From an uncultured Bacteroidales bacterium (GTDB taxonomy: Bacteria; Bacteroidota; Bacteroidia; Bacteroidales; Paludibacteraceae): DNA of 64,000 nucleotides. Under the pieces are notes generated by a model. That model did no database searches and was not told the DNA's origin. It saw only the letters and a list, made by a program, of their open reading frames with translations. Both the position numbers and the translations under genes were made by a program. Below, piece after piece: positions 1 to 8,866 of this stretch. Where the stretch lies: NCBI GenBank assembly GCA_946406195.1, contig CAMJJT010000005.1:62010-126009 (forward strand). The letters run 5' to 3'. Within the stretch, counting starts at the first letter, position 1. Each line of letters starts with the position of its first letter.

Positions 1-1815
1 CTCCAGATTGAGTCCTCCCACCCACGCCGCCTTGGCATTCGTACGGGTGAAGATGACATTCCCTGCCTCATCATTGCCGTCCTCGCGCAAGAAGAACACA
101 TCTTGCAGATAGGTATAGAATCCCTCCGCGGTCAGGTTCACTTCCCAGTTTCCGAATTGACGATACCAATCGGCACTGAGGGTAGCGCTATGCGAGTATT
201 CGGGCTTGAGGTTCGGGTCCAAGCGGATGAGGGAGACATTGCCACCCACCGCAGCCACGTGCAGGTCCTCATCATAAGTCTGGGGAGCACGGTAACCACT
301 GCTATATCCGGCGCGGAGCACCAAGCCGTCCAAAGGCGTATAACGGAACGTAGCACGAGGATTACAAACCACGGTCTTGAGCAGATTATGCTTCTCGAGA
401 CGAGCGCCGAGGAGCACCGACCAATTCTCTTGTTTCCACTCATTCTGGGCATATACACCCGCCACATGGACATACTGCGAAATGTCGCGGTTATAACCCA
501 CCATACGATCGTGAAGTCCATTGAAGGTATATTCCGCCCCAACCGTCAGATCTCCTTTCGCCCGTCCGCAGGGATAAGAGAAACGATATTGGAGGCCGGT
601 AATGGAGGTCAGATCACTACTGCGCCCATAAGCGGCTGTGTCCCTACCCGCTCCAAAATAACTCTCCCGACCGATATTCTGCAAGGCGGAATAAGCCGAG
701 ACGAAATGTTTGTTATCCGGAGAGAACCAATCGAACGCCAACTGTCCGCCATCGATATTATGGCGTAGCTGCTCCGCTATATCGGCTTGGTGAGGCTCAA
801 ACTCAAAGCGGTTACCTCCCCGACGGAAATCCGTTGTATGATGATACTCAGCGGTGATCTTACTATACGCGCTCGTTTTGAAGAACACGCGCGCGCCTGC
901 AGTAGTGGAGCGCATCTTAGGCACTTCGCTGAACCCGTCATCATCGCGGTCATAAGCGCTTCGGGTACGATGACTGGCAAAGATATAAGCTCCAATCTTT
1001 CGATTCTCGCTCAAGACCGAAGCATTGAGATCCGTATGGATATCATAGCCGGCATGCTCGTTGACCATCGAGGTGTTGGATATATTCAAGAAATTACGGA
1101 CAGGCTCCTTGGTGATGATATTGACCACTCCCGCAATTGCGTTCGCGCCGTACATCGCCGAACCGCCGCCACGGATGACCTCTATGCGGTCTATCATCGC
1201 GGCAGGTACCTGCTCCAAGCCATAGACCGACGCCATGCTGGAGAAGACCGGACGGCTATCCATCAGAATCTGGGTGTACTGGCCTTGCAGACCGTTGATG
1301 CGGAGTTCGGTTTTACCGCAGTTAGAGCATGTGTTCTCCACCCGCAAGCCCGGCTGATAATTCAGCACATCCGCCACACATGCCACGGCGGTGGTCTCAA
1401 AGAGTTTCGGAGAGAGGACGTTCACAATGGTAGCCGCCTCCTGACGCTTGGTCTCATAACGATTGGCGGTAACAACTACACCGTTGAGTAACTGCGTTAT
1501 CTCGTGGATAGCCGCTTTCAGCTCCACGGTCTTGTTCTCCTCTATGCGTACGGGCAACTCTGCATTTTCATAACCGACATAGGAAAAGACAATCACCTGC
1601 TTTCCCAGCGGCAGGTTTTTCATAAAGAAGTGTCCCGACTCATCGGTAACAGTACCTATATTCGTACCCTTCACTTGTACATTGACATATGGTAGGTGTT
1701 CCCCTGTACGCTCATCCAAAACATGCCCCACCAAATGGGCATCATACTCCTCTTGTGCCCATAAAGACACTGCGCTAAACAGCGCTAAGACTAATACACT
1801 AACTATTTTTCTCAT
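1..1815 (-). CDS. TonB-dependent outer-membrane receptor, N-terminal ~605 codons (3' end lies beyond the window start)
   Basis: Minus-strand frame is open from ATG at 1813-1815 to position 1. It is absent from the ORF track because no stop lies in the window. Own translation: signal peptide MRKIVSVLVLALFSAVSLWAQ, a carboxypeptidase-regulatory-like domain (VKGTNIGTVTDESGHFFMKNLPLGK), and plug motifs NCGKTELRINGLQGQYTQILMD and IEVIRGGGSAMYGANAIAG. Confidence 0.8.
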   Translation of the reverse strand, partial: MRKIVSVLVLALFSAVSLWAQEEYDAHLVGHVLDERTGEHLPYVNVQVKGTNIGTVTDESGHFFMKNLPLGKQVIVFSYVGYENAELPVRIEENKTVELKAAIHEITQLLNGVVVTANRYETKRQEAATIVNVLSPKLFETTAVACVADVLNYQPGLRVENTCSNCGKTELRINGLQGQYTQILMDSRPVFSSMASVYGLEQVPAAMIDRIEVIRGGGSAMYGANAIAGVVNIITKEPVRNFLNISNTSMVNEHAGYDIHTDLNASVLSENRKIGAYIFASHRTRSAYDRDDDGFSEVPKMRSTTAGARVFFKTSAYSKITAEYHHTTDFRRGGNRFEFEPHQADIAEQLRHNIDGGQLAFDWFSPDNKHFVSAYSALQNIGRESYFGAGRDTAAYGRSSDLTSITGLQYRFSYPCGRAKGDLTVGAEYTFNGLHDRMVGYNRDISQYVHVAGVYAQNEWKQENWSVLLGARLEKHNLLKTVVCNPRATFRYTPLDGLVLRAGYSSGYRAPQTYDEDLHVAAVGGNVSLIRLDPNLKPEYSHSATLSADWYRQFGNWEVNLTAEGFYTYLQDVFFLREDGNDEAGNVIFTRTNAKAAWVGGLNLE

Positions 1816-1829
1816 TCTAATTTTATTGA

Positions 1830-2360
1830 TCAATGCGCCTCTTTGAACCAAAGTACGACATCGCTCTCCAAGGTCCATGAAGGCAAGACGGAAGAGGCGG
1901 TATAACCGGCATTGCGATAGAGCGCCGAGCAGGCTTCGTTACGCGTAGCGATCACCGCATAAATAAGGCGCAGATGAAGAAATCCGAAGGCATATTCTTC
2001 CAGCAAACGCACCGCCTCACGTCCAATTCCTTGCCCTCGGTACTCGGGTGCGATATACATCCCTATCGCGGCACGGCGGTTACGCGGATCCAAATCAAAG
2101 AGGTCAATGCAACCCAATGTCATTGGTAATTGGTCATTGGTCATTGGAGATTGCTCAATGATCAGACGAAGTTGTCCGTCACGGTAGATATCTCCGGTAG
2201 TGGAAGAAATATATTCGCGCAAATCCTGCTGGGAGAGCGGATTATGATTCGCCCCGTCCGCCCAAACGGCAGCATCGTTCTCCCAACGATAGAGATAGGG
2301 CAGATCGGAAGGCTCGAGCTTGCGCAATTTAATTATTTTCGCATTTTCGCATTGTTGCAT
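1830..2360 (-). CDS. GNAT family N-acetyltransferase (RimJ/RimL-like)
   Basis: 176 aa ORF with an ATG start. Acetyl-CoA binding motif RGQGIGREAVRLLEEYAF. Carries an in-frame heptamer-repeat insert (SPMTNDQLPMT). Confidence 0.8.
   Translation of the reverse strand: MQQCENAKIIKLRKLEPSDLPYLYRWENDAAVWADGANHNPLSQQDLREYISSTTGDIYRDGQLRLIIEQSPMTNDQLPMTLGCIDLFDLDPRNRRAAIGMYIAPEYRGQGIGREAVRLLEEYAFGFLHLRLIYAVIATRNEACSALYRNAGYTASSVLPSWTLESDVVLWFKEAH
2120..2147. repeat. 4 x 7 bp tandem repeat (TCATTGG/TAATTGG) inside the GNAT CDS
   Basis: Direct reading: tcattgg taattgg tcattgg tcattgg. Confidence 0.85.
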
Positions 2361-2362
2361 TG

Positions 2363-2785
2363 TTAATCAAAGAGTTTGGCGAAGAAGCCTTTTTTCTTAG
2401 GACGGAGGTCCTCCATATTTCCCTGTGGAGCAGGCTCGAAACAATGCCCTGTATGAATCATGTTATAAATAACTCCCCAATCGGGCAGACCGCCTAAATT
2501 GCGATCATCAATCCACAGGTCCGCTACCAGTTTACGGGCAGGCTTATGCTCGGGTTCCTCCTCCGGATAATTGGAATTAACGGCGTAGAACTCAAGCCCT
2601 TTGGACTTACAATAATCCACGGCCTCTTTCAGCAAATCGCCTTCTCGCACGGTCCAAAGGATAATCTGGTGATGATCCTCCTCCTGCAGTTTTATCAAGG
2701 TCTGGATGGCAAACGGGATGGGTTTACCGATCTTCGGGTACTCATGGGTCACAATCGTACCATCAAAATCACAAGCTATAATCAT
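2363..2785 (-). CDS. HAD-superfamily-like small hydrolase (function unknown)
   Basis: 140 aa ORF. N-terminal MIIACDFDGTIV matches the HAD motif I (DxDGT). Lies 2 nt from the downstream GNAT gene. Confidence 0.6.
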   Translation of the reverse strand: MIIACDFDGTIVTHEYPKIGKPIPFAIQTLIKLQEEDHHQIILWTVREGDLLKEAVDYCKSKGLEFYAVNSNYPEEEPEHKPARKLVADLWIDDRNLGGLPDWGVIYNMIHTGHCFEPAPQGNMEDLRPKKKGFFAKLFD

Positions 2786-2806
2786 TTTATTTTAACATTT
2801 TTTCAT

Positions 2807-3244
2807 TTAGTATGTGGGGATGTTCGGGTCTTCCGGGGTCATTTCCTGCTCCATCTTACCGAGGGTGGGTTTTGTGAAATACCAAGCCACCGCGCTGATA
2901 GCAGCCACCCAAATCATGGGACGATAGCAGCCGAGCAGAAAATAGATCAAAATAGCAGGGATCATGTTACCGCCCACAATAAAGATACGAACGGCTGCTA
3001 ATTGCTCATATTCGGGAAGAGTTTTCGGTTTCTTCCATTTGATAAGATAGAGCCCCAACGGAATACAAATCAGCGCAGTGATAATAACCGCAAATTGAAG
3101 TACTTGTCCAAGTTGAGAATTCGGGTCGTAGAAATCAAGCAAGCCCTTTGAAACGGCATAGTACATCCCCGTATAAGCCACAATAGCTGCGACCATGAGA
3201 CCGTAATAAATCCAATTCAGATGTCGAATAATTTTCTCTTCCAT
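2807..3244 (-). CDS. Small integral membrane protein (4 predicted TM segments), function unknown
   Basis: ORF 2807..3316 trimmed to the internal ATG at 3242-3244 (MEEKIIRHLNWIYYG...), because the longer form overlaps recR. The protein is strongly hydrophobic. Confidence 0.55.
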   Translation of the reverse strand: MEEKIIRHLNWIYYGLMVAAIVAYTGMYYAVSKGLLDFYDPNSQLGQVLQFAVIITALICIPLGLYLIKWKKPKTLPEYEQLAAVRIFIVGGNMIPAILIYFLLGCYRPMIWVAAISAVAWYFTKPTLGKMEQEMTPEDPNIPTY

Positions 3245-3251
3245 ATACTGT

Positions 3252-3866
3252 TTATCCTTTAAATTCCGTTCGGTTGACGATAGAACGCCCAAGGGTGATC
3301 TCGTCCGTGTATTCAAGCTGGTTACCCACCGCTATACCGCGTGCAATCTGCGAGATCTTGATATCCAATCCGGCGTTCTGTATTCTTCTGTAAATATAGA
3401 AATTGGTGGTGTCGCCCTCCATGGTGGTAGGCAGCGCCAGAATAATCTCCTCCACCTCTCCTTTTGCGAGCCGCTCCATGAGGGAATCGATCTCTATATC
3501 TTTGGGACCGATACCTTCCATCGGGGAGATCACGCCGCCCAGCACATGGTACACACCGGTGTATTGACCTGTATTCTCAATCGACATCACGTCCTGCACG
3601 TTCTCCACGACGCATATCGTCGAATGGTCGCGGCGCGGCGAACCGCAAATAGGACAAATCTCGGTATCGGATATATTATGACATTCGCGGCAATAAACGA
3701 CATCTTTTTTGAGACGCGTGAAGGCATTGGAGAATGCCTCTACCTCTTCGTCCGTTTGACGTAACAGATGCAAGACCAAGCGCAGAGCGGTTCTGCGCCC
3801 TACTCCCGGCAGCGATGCCATCTGGTTGACCGCTTGCTCTAATATGACAGAAGGATAATCACTCAT
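3252..3866 (-). CDS. recR: Recombination protein RecR
   Basis: Helix-hairpin-helix [12 protein letters not shown], zinc finger [16 protein letters not shown], Toprim region. Start taken at the ATG at 3864-3866 (MSDYPSV...), which overlaps the upstream stop as ATGA. Confidence 0.9.
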   Translation of the reverse strand: MSDYPSVILEQAVNQMASLPGVGRRTALRLVLHLLRQTDEEVEAFSNAFTRLKKDVVYCRECHNISDTEICPICGSPRRDHSTICVVENVQDVMSIENTGQYTGVYHVLGGVISPMEGIGPKDIEIDSLMERLAKGEVEEIILALPTTMEGDTTNFYIYRRIQNAGLDIKISQIARGIAVGNQLEYTDEITLGRSIVNRTEFKG

Positions 3867-5302
3867 GCTTTCTTCGCCCAACGGGCAGGTAATACTCTAT
3901 AGGGATAACGCGTTTGAATATCCACGGCGTTAGGGCAATCACATCGGTGAATACGGATACCTTTGAGCACCGAGACGAACGCAAAGATAGGGTCTCCGGG
4001 CTGCGGATTGCAACATTTAGAGAGGTTATAATCCACGTTCTTGACGTTCATATCCACCTCTATCGCCAAGCCCTTCAGCTCCGAACGATCGACATACTCC
4101 GTATGTTCGCGCGGCACGTTGGTCTGTTCTTCTGGCTCCAACAACACATCCCTCAGACGCTGGATATCCTCTTTGCCGGTAGCGACCGACTGGTACATAT
4201 CCGAGACCGCCTTGTAGCCCAAACGGGTCGCCATCTTGGTGATATCCCCTTCGGTGTAATTGATTTTCCAGTTCTTGAATTTGCGGTCGATGATCTCTTT
4301 TCCCTCCGCTGCCTGCTTGTACTCCACCTCTTTGAGGGCTTGGCGAATCTTGTTCTTCGCCTTCGTGGATACCACGATATTGAGCCAATCAGCATTAGGA
4401 TGCTGGTTAGGCGAGGTCATGACGGACACTTGGTCGCCGTTCTGCAGTTTCTGCCGGATCGAGACGTTCTGATTGCGGATAGTACCACCCACGCAATGCG
4501 AACCGATGTCCGTATGGATTGAATACGCAAAATCGAGCACCGTAGCCCCTTCGGGCAGACGTCTGAGATCGCCTGTAGGAGTGAAGACATAGACGTCTCC
4601 GCGCTCCTTGTTCACGATCGCACCTTTGACACCTTTGTATGCCCAGTGCGCCGCTACTCCCTGCTCCGCCACTTCGTCCATACGACGGGTACGAATCTGT
4701 ACCTCCACCCATCGTTTCTGAGGTCCAAGCACCGTGGTATGCAACGACTCATAGCCGTTTTCTTTGGGAACGGATAACCAATCGCGTAAGCGCTTCGGGT
4801 TAGGCGGGAAGATATCCGTGATCAAGGAATAGACCTGCCAACAATCCGATTTCTCCTTCTCCGGCGGAGAGTCCAGAATGATACGTATAGCGAACAAATC
4901 GTATATCTTATCCACATCACAATGCTGGGCTTGCATCTTATGGTAGATGGAGTGAATCGATTTGGGACGTCCCTTGATTGTGAACGTAAATCCTTCCGCT
5001 TTGAGCTTCGCCTCCAAGGGGGCTATGAACGAAGCAATATATGCCTCGCGCTCCGTCTTCTTGGCGTTCAAAGCGTGGGCAATATATTTATAGGTATCGT
5101 AGTCGAGAAATTTCAGAGCGAGGTCTTCCATCTCCGTTTTGATCTGGTATAGACCCAAGCGGTGCGCCATCGGAGCATGCAAATTTTGCGTCTCGCGAGC
5201 GATGTGCCGCCTGCGCTCCGAATCACCCTCCGCATCCAATTGACGGAGCAGCTCCAACCGCTCATTGAGTATCGAATATAAGACCTTGTTACTATCTTCC
5301 AT
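3863..5302 (-). CDS. RelA/SpoT-family (p)ppGpp synthetase lacking the HD hydrolase domain and the C-terminal ACT/RRM domain
   Basis: ORF trimmed to the ATG at 5300-5302 (MEDSNKV...). Alignable by eye to long RSH proteins from [32 protein letters not shown] onward. Synthetase core ([38 protein letters not shown]), TGS domain ([27 protein letters not shown]), and Cys-rich CCNPQPGD...RIHRCDCPN. The protein ends directly after that. Confidence 0.8.
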   Translation of the reverse strand: MEDSNKVLYSILNERLELLRQLDAEGDSERRRHIARETQNLHAPMAHRLGLYQIKTEMEDLALKFLDYDTYKYIAHALNAKKTEREAYIASFIAPLEAKLKAEGFTFTIKGRPKSIHSIYHKMQAQHCDVDKIYDLFAIRIILDSPPEKEKSDCWQVYSLITDIFPPNPKRLRDWLSVPKENGYESLHTTVLGPQKRWVEVQIRTRRMDEVAEQGVAAHWAYKGVKGAIVNKERGDVYVFTPTGDLRRLPEGATVLDFAYSIHTDIGSHCVGGTIRNQNVSIRQKLQNGDQVSVMTSPNQHPNADWLNIVVSTKAKNKIRQALKEVEYKQAAEGKEIIDRKFKNWKINYTEGDITKMATRLGYKAVSDMYQSVATGKEDIQRLRDVLLEPEEQTNVPREHTEYVDRSELKGLAIEVDMNVKNVDYNLSKCCNPQPGDPIFAFVSVLKGIRIHRCDCPNAVDIQTRYPYRVLPARWAKKA

Positions 5303-5326
5303 AAGTGAGTTTTCAAAAAAACGCTG

Positions 5327-5356
5327 CAAAGTTACGATTTTTTTTGCACATATCAA
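5327..5356 (-). promoter_or_regulatory. Bacteroidota-type promoter (-33 TTG, -7 TAACTTTG) for the RSH-recR operon
   Basis: Minus strand reads ttgatatgtgcaaaaaaaatcg TAACTTTG. The 23 nt from TTG to the -7 box is the same spacing seen at the other promoters in this window. Confidence 0.55.
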
Positions 5357-5374
5357 AATTTTTTTGTACCTTTG
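5344..5374 (+). promoter_or_regulatory. Divergent Bacteroidota-type promoter (-33 TTG, -7 TACCTTTG) for the 5456..6214 / rsmD unit
   Basis: ttgcacatatcaaaatttttttg TACCTTTG. Shares the near-palindromic core ttgcacatatcaa with the opposite promoter. Confidence 0.55.
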
Positions 5375-5455
5375 CAGCGATTTTCAAAAAATAAGTTACG
5401 AAAATCGTCTAAGAGACGCCAAATTTCAGAAATAAATAAAAAAATTATACCAATA

Positions 5456-6214
5456 ATGAAAACAACAAGACCAATTTTAATTTGTGCGCTTGCTATCGCA
5501 GCTATCGTGATGGCAGTATTCTGCGTACAGAGCGTTACTACTCCTATTAAGTTTGAGGACACACGTGCACAGCGTGAAGTGAGTGTTATCAAGCATTTGG
5601 TAGATCTGCGTACGGCAGAGGTGGAGTACCACCACCAGAAGGGCGTATTCACCGCCAGCATGGATACACTGCTGATGTTTCTCAAGAATGCACCGAAAAA
5701 AGAGGTGCTCAAGGAAGGTAGTTTGACCGATAAGCAGTTGGAGGCAGGTCTGACAGAGCCGAAGGCTGTTAAGATTTTGAATGAGGCGAAGAAGAAAGCG
5801 CTGAAGAAAGGTACGTTCGAGGATAGCGATGCATTATATGCCTATATCTGGGAGAACGACGCCGATGTAAAGAAGAATGGTTTGGCAGGTTTCCGTCGTG
5901 ATACCATCGAGCTGAACATGCTCGCTTCGCTGTACAAAGGTGAGTACGACGAGAACACCATCGATGCAATCGTAGAGATTCCGTTCAGCGATGGAAAACG
6001 CTTTGAGGTAGAGGTGAACAATGATTATAAGACCAGCCAAGGAATCCGCGTTCCGCTGTTTGAGGCTCGCGCTCCGTTCGAGAGCTATCTGAGCGACCTG
6101 AACGAGCAGGAGTTGGTGAACCTCATTGACCGCGAGACCAAGCTCGACCACTATGCAGGTCTGAAGGTAGGTGATATCTACGCACCGAACAACAACGCCG
6201 GTAACTGGGAATAA
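5456..6214 (+). CDS. Membrane-anchored hypothetical protein (single N-terminal TM)
   Basis: ORF 5372..6214 trimmed to the ATG at 5456 (MKTTRPILICALAIAAIVMAVFCV). I recognise no catalytic motif. Confidence 0.55.
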   Translation: MKTTRPILICALAIAAIVMAVFCVQSVTTPIKFEDTRAQREVSVIKHLVDLRTAEVEYHHQKGVFTASMDTLLMFLKNAPKKEVLKEGSLTDKQLEAGLTEPKAVKILNEAKKKALKKGTFEDSDALYAYIWENDADVKKNGLAGFRRDTIELNMLASLYKGEYDENTIDAIVEIPFSDGKRFEVEVNNDYKTSQGIRVPLFEARAPFESYLSDLNEQELVNLIDRETKLDHYAGLKVGDIYAPNNNAGNWE

Positions 6215-6247
6215 TTGATAATTGAGAATTGACAATTGAGAATTATT
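6213..6247. repeat. 5 x 7 bp tandem repeat (AATTGAN) spanning the stop of the upstream gene and the start codon of rsmD
   Basis: aattgat aattgag aattgac aattgag aattatt. Confidence 0.85.
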
Positions 6248-6766
6248 AGTGGCATATACGGGGGGCGGCGATTGTCGCCCCCTAAAAATATTACCGCGAG
6301 GCCTACTACGGACTTTGCGAAAGAGAGTTTGTTCAATCTGCTCAATAACCGAATCGATTTTGAGGGGATAGATGTGCTGGATCTCTTTGCCGGTACAGGA
6401 GGAATCGGTATCGAGTGCGTGAGTCGAGGTGCACGGGATGTAACGGCTGTTGAGATTGCACATGTGCAGCAAAACTGGATTATCAGTTGTTGCAAACAAT
6501 TAGGCATCAGGAACCTTAGTGTAATCCGGGGAGATGTATTCAAGTTTCTCAATGCCTGCCGGACCAAGTACGACCTGATCTTCGCGGATCCTCCTTATGC
6601 CTTGGAGCAACTCCCCACCCTGCCGGATGTGATTTTAGGGCAGGACATCCTCAAAGAAGATGGTTGGCTCGTCATTGAGCACGGAAAAGATACTGATTTC
6701 ACCACCCATCCGCGGCACGTTGAGACCCGGACATACGGAAGTGTACATTTCAGTTTCTTCCAATAA
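6236..6766 (+). CDS. rsmD: 16S rRNA (guanine966-N2)-methyltransferase RsmD
   Basis: MRIISGIYGGRRL, the LDLFAGTGGIGIE SAM motif, and DLIFADPPY. The start codon is TTG at 6236, inside the heptamer array. Confidence 0.85.
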   Translation: MRIISGIYGGRRLSPPKNITARPTTDFAKESLFNLLNNRIDFEGIDVLDLFAGTGGIGIECVSRGARDVTAVEIAHVQQNWIISCCKQLGIRNLSVIRGDVFKFLNACRTKYDLIFADPPYALEQLPTLPDVILGQDILKEDGWLVIEHGKDTDFTTHPRHVETRTYGSVHFSFFQ

Positions 6767-6771
6767 AAAAA

Positions 6772-6793
6772 AGAGGCACGTGCCTCTTTTTTA
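6772..6793 (+). terminator. Rho-independent (bidirectional) terminator between rsmD and manA
   Basis: Perfect hairpin agaggcacgtgcctct flanked by an A-run upstream and a T-run downstream. Confidence 0.7.
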
Positions 6794-6812
6794 TAATTTC
6801 ATTCCCCGATTA

Positions 6813-7808
6813 TCAGATTTCCATATAAATCTCCATGAGTTGGCATTGTCCCTGCGGGTCGATGATTATATCATTGAGCGTAGCAGGAATGAGCACCGCT
6901 TCGCCTACACGCAGCGCCACCGCTGAGTCTTGGGTATCGGCATCCAGCGCTTTGACGACACAAGCCCCCTCTACACACATATACGCCACAAACGAATCCA
7001 GCGGCGCATAATCGCGCTGTACGGCGCGGGTGAGAGACAATAGATTGGTAGTGAAATAAGGCGTCTTCTGCAAATTCACCGCCCCGCCTTGTACCGGTTC
7101 GGGATGCGCTAACGATGCCTCGTTATCAGGTGCAAAATCCATGACCTCCAGCGCTTTGTCGAGTTTGAGCGGTCTCATCTTACCGTCATTTCCCACGCGG
7201 TTATAATCGTAGAGACGATACGTGATATCACTATTCTCCTGAATCTCCGCCACGATCGTGTTACGCCGCATAGCGTGGACCGTGCCGGAAGGGATATAAG
7301 CTACATCGCCCGCGCGTACCTTATAATCGTGCAGGTAACGCGCAAGAGAACCATCCTCTATCGCAGCATGGATAAGAGAAGGGTTCATCGGTTGGTTCCA
7401 ACCCAGATAGATAGATGCGTCTCCCTGCGAGGGAAGGACATACCACATCTCTGTTTTTCCCAAGGATTCTTCATTCTCCAGGGCATAATCATCATCAGGG
7501 TGCACTTGGATCGAGAGATCATCCGTGGCATCAATGAACTTGAGTAACAGCGGGAAATGATTTCCGAAGACATCGTACACTTTCTCCCCCACCAGTTCGT
7601 CCATATAGACTTCCAACAAATCCTGCAAGGTATCACCTTCGTGTGAACCATTGATGACCTCGGTCGGATATTTCGCCACATCCGACATCACCCATGCCTC
7701 GCCGACGTTCTCATAATCAGCAGGCACATGGTCGTACCACTGAGCGATCGTTTGTCCTCCCCAGATCTTATGGAATAACTGCGCTCTAAATTTAAAGGGA
7801 TAAAGCAT
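6813..7808 (-). CDS. manA: Mannose-6-phosphate isomerase, class I
   Basis: ORF trimmed to the ATG at 7806-7808 (MLYPFKF...), because the longer form overlaps galE. Motifs KIWGG, LSIQVHPDD, KTEMWYV, SGTVHA. Confidence 0.8.
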   Translation of the reverse strand: MLYPFKFRAQLFHKIWGGQTIAQWYDHVPADYENVGEAWVMSDVAKYPTEVINGSHEGDTLQDLLEVYMDELVGEKVYDVFGNHFPLLLKFIDATDDLSIQVHPDDDYALENEESLGKTEMWYVLPSQGDASIYLGWNQPMNPSLIHAAIEDGSLARYLHDYKVRAGDVAYIPSGTVHAMRRNTIVAEIQENSDITYRLYDYNRVGNDGKMRPLKLDKALEVMDFAPDNEASLAHPEPVQGGAVNLQKTPYFTTNLLSLTRAVQRDYAPLDSFVAYMCVEGACVVKALDADTQDSAVALRVGEAVLIPATLNDIIIDPQGQCQLMEIYMEI

Positions 7809-7809
7809 A

Positions 7810-8838
7810 TTAAATCTTCCGGATATGTTTTTCCCACGCCCAAGCGGAGGCGAGTACGTCACGAATGGGGGTATCTGCTTTCCAGCCGAGCACTTCGTTT
7901 GCTTTTTTCGGCGCTGCCCATACCTGCTCAATGTCGCCTTCACGACGACCGACGATGGTATAAGGGATCTTCACGCCCGTAGCGGCTTCGAACTCATTGA
8001 TAAGAGTGAGGACGCTCAGACCGGTTCCGGTACCGAGGTTGAAGATCTCCACCTGCTCGCGGTCCTTGGCGTTGATCATTCTCTCAACGGCTTTGACATG
8101 AGCCTTCGCCAGATCCACTACATAGATATAATCGCGGATACAGGAACCATCCGGGGTGTTGTAATCATTACCAAAGACTTTGAGTTCAGGACGCAGTCCT
8201 GCAGCCGTCTGGGTAATGAAAGGCAGAAGGTTCTGCGGTACACCGTTGGGGAGTTCACCAATCTTAGCTGACGGGTGTGCTCCGATAGGATTGAAATAAC
8301 GGAGGATGGTAGCGTGCAGAGACTTATCCGCATGCGCCTCATCGCAGATGATCTCCTCGTTAATCTGCTTGGTGTTGCCGTAGGGCGAGAGGGCTTTCTG
8401 AATAGGCGCGGTCTCGTCAACCGGCAGATGGTCCGCGTCGGGCTGACCATACACGGTACAGGACGAAGAGAAAACGAGGTTCTGCACTTGGTGAAGGCGC
8501 ATCACGTCCAAGAGCGTACAGAGACTACCGACGTTATTGCGATAATAGAGCAGCGGTTTCTCCACCGACTCACCTACCGCCTTGCTGGCAGCAAAATGGA
8601 TAACACCTACGATGTCAGGGTATTGTTTGAAGACATTATCTAAGTCCACGAAGTTACCGCAGTCGATATTCGCGAACTCAGGTTTACGTCCCACAATCTC
8701 CGTGATACCATCCAAGACATCCACAGAGGAATTACTGAGGTTATCGACAATTGTAACGTCGTAGCCCTGCTGCATCAATTCGACAGTAGTATGCGAACCA
8801 ATATATCCGGTTCCACCGGTAACAAGTATTCTTGCCAT
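7810..8838 (-). CDS. galE: UDP-glucose 4-epimerase
   Basis: ILVTGGTGYIGSH Rossmann motif and YGNTK (YxxxK). Start taken at the ATG at 8836-8838; the track start at 8850 is TTG. Confidence 0.9.
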   Translation of the reverse strand: MARILVTGGTGYIGSHTTVELMQQGYDVTIVDNLSNSSVDVLDGITEIVGRKPEFANIDCGNFVDLDNVFKQYPDIVGVIHFAASKAVGESVEKPLLYYRNNVGSLCTLLDVMRLHQVQNLVFSSSCTVYGQPDADHLPVDETAPIQKALSPYGNTKQINEEIICDEAHADKSLHATILRYFNPIGAHPSAKIGELPNGVPQNLLPFITQTAAGLRPELKVFGNDYNTPDGSCIRDYIYVVDLAKAHVKAVERMINAKDREQVEIFNLGTGTGLSVLTLINEFEAATGVKIPYTIVGRREGDIEQVWAAPKKANEVLGWKADTPIRDVLASAWAWEKHIRKI

Positions 8839-8866
8839 TTGAGATTTCAAATTTACAGGTTATGAA

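Noticed and set aside
103-1491. Two plus-strand ORFs (103..768 and 787..1491)
   Set aside because: Both are antisense to the TonB-dependent receptor, whose minus-strand frame carries clear signal peptide, plug and barrel motifs.
6813-7943. N-terminally extended versions of several track ORFs (for example manA 6813..7943, ribH 12201..12761, murC 45756..47168, queH 26109..26792, 60281..61198)
   Set aside because: The extensions overlap neighbouring genes, the tRNA or promoters. They begin at non-ATG codons or encode non-homologous residues. Internal ATGs give N-termini that match the protein families.
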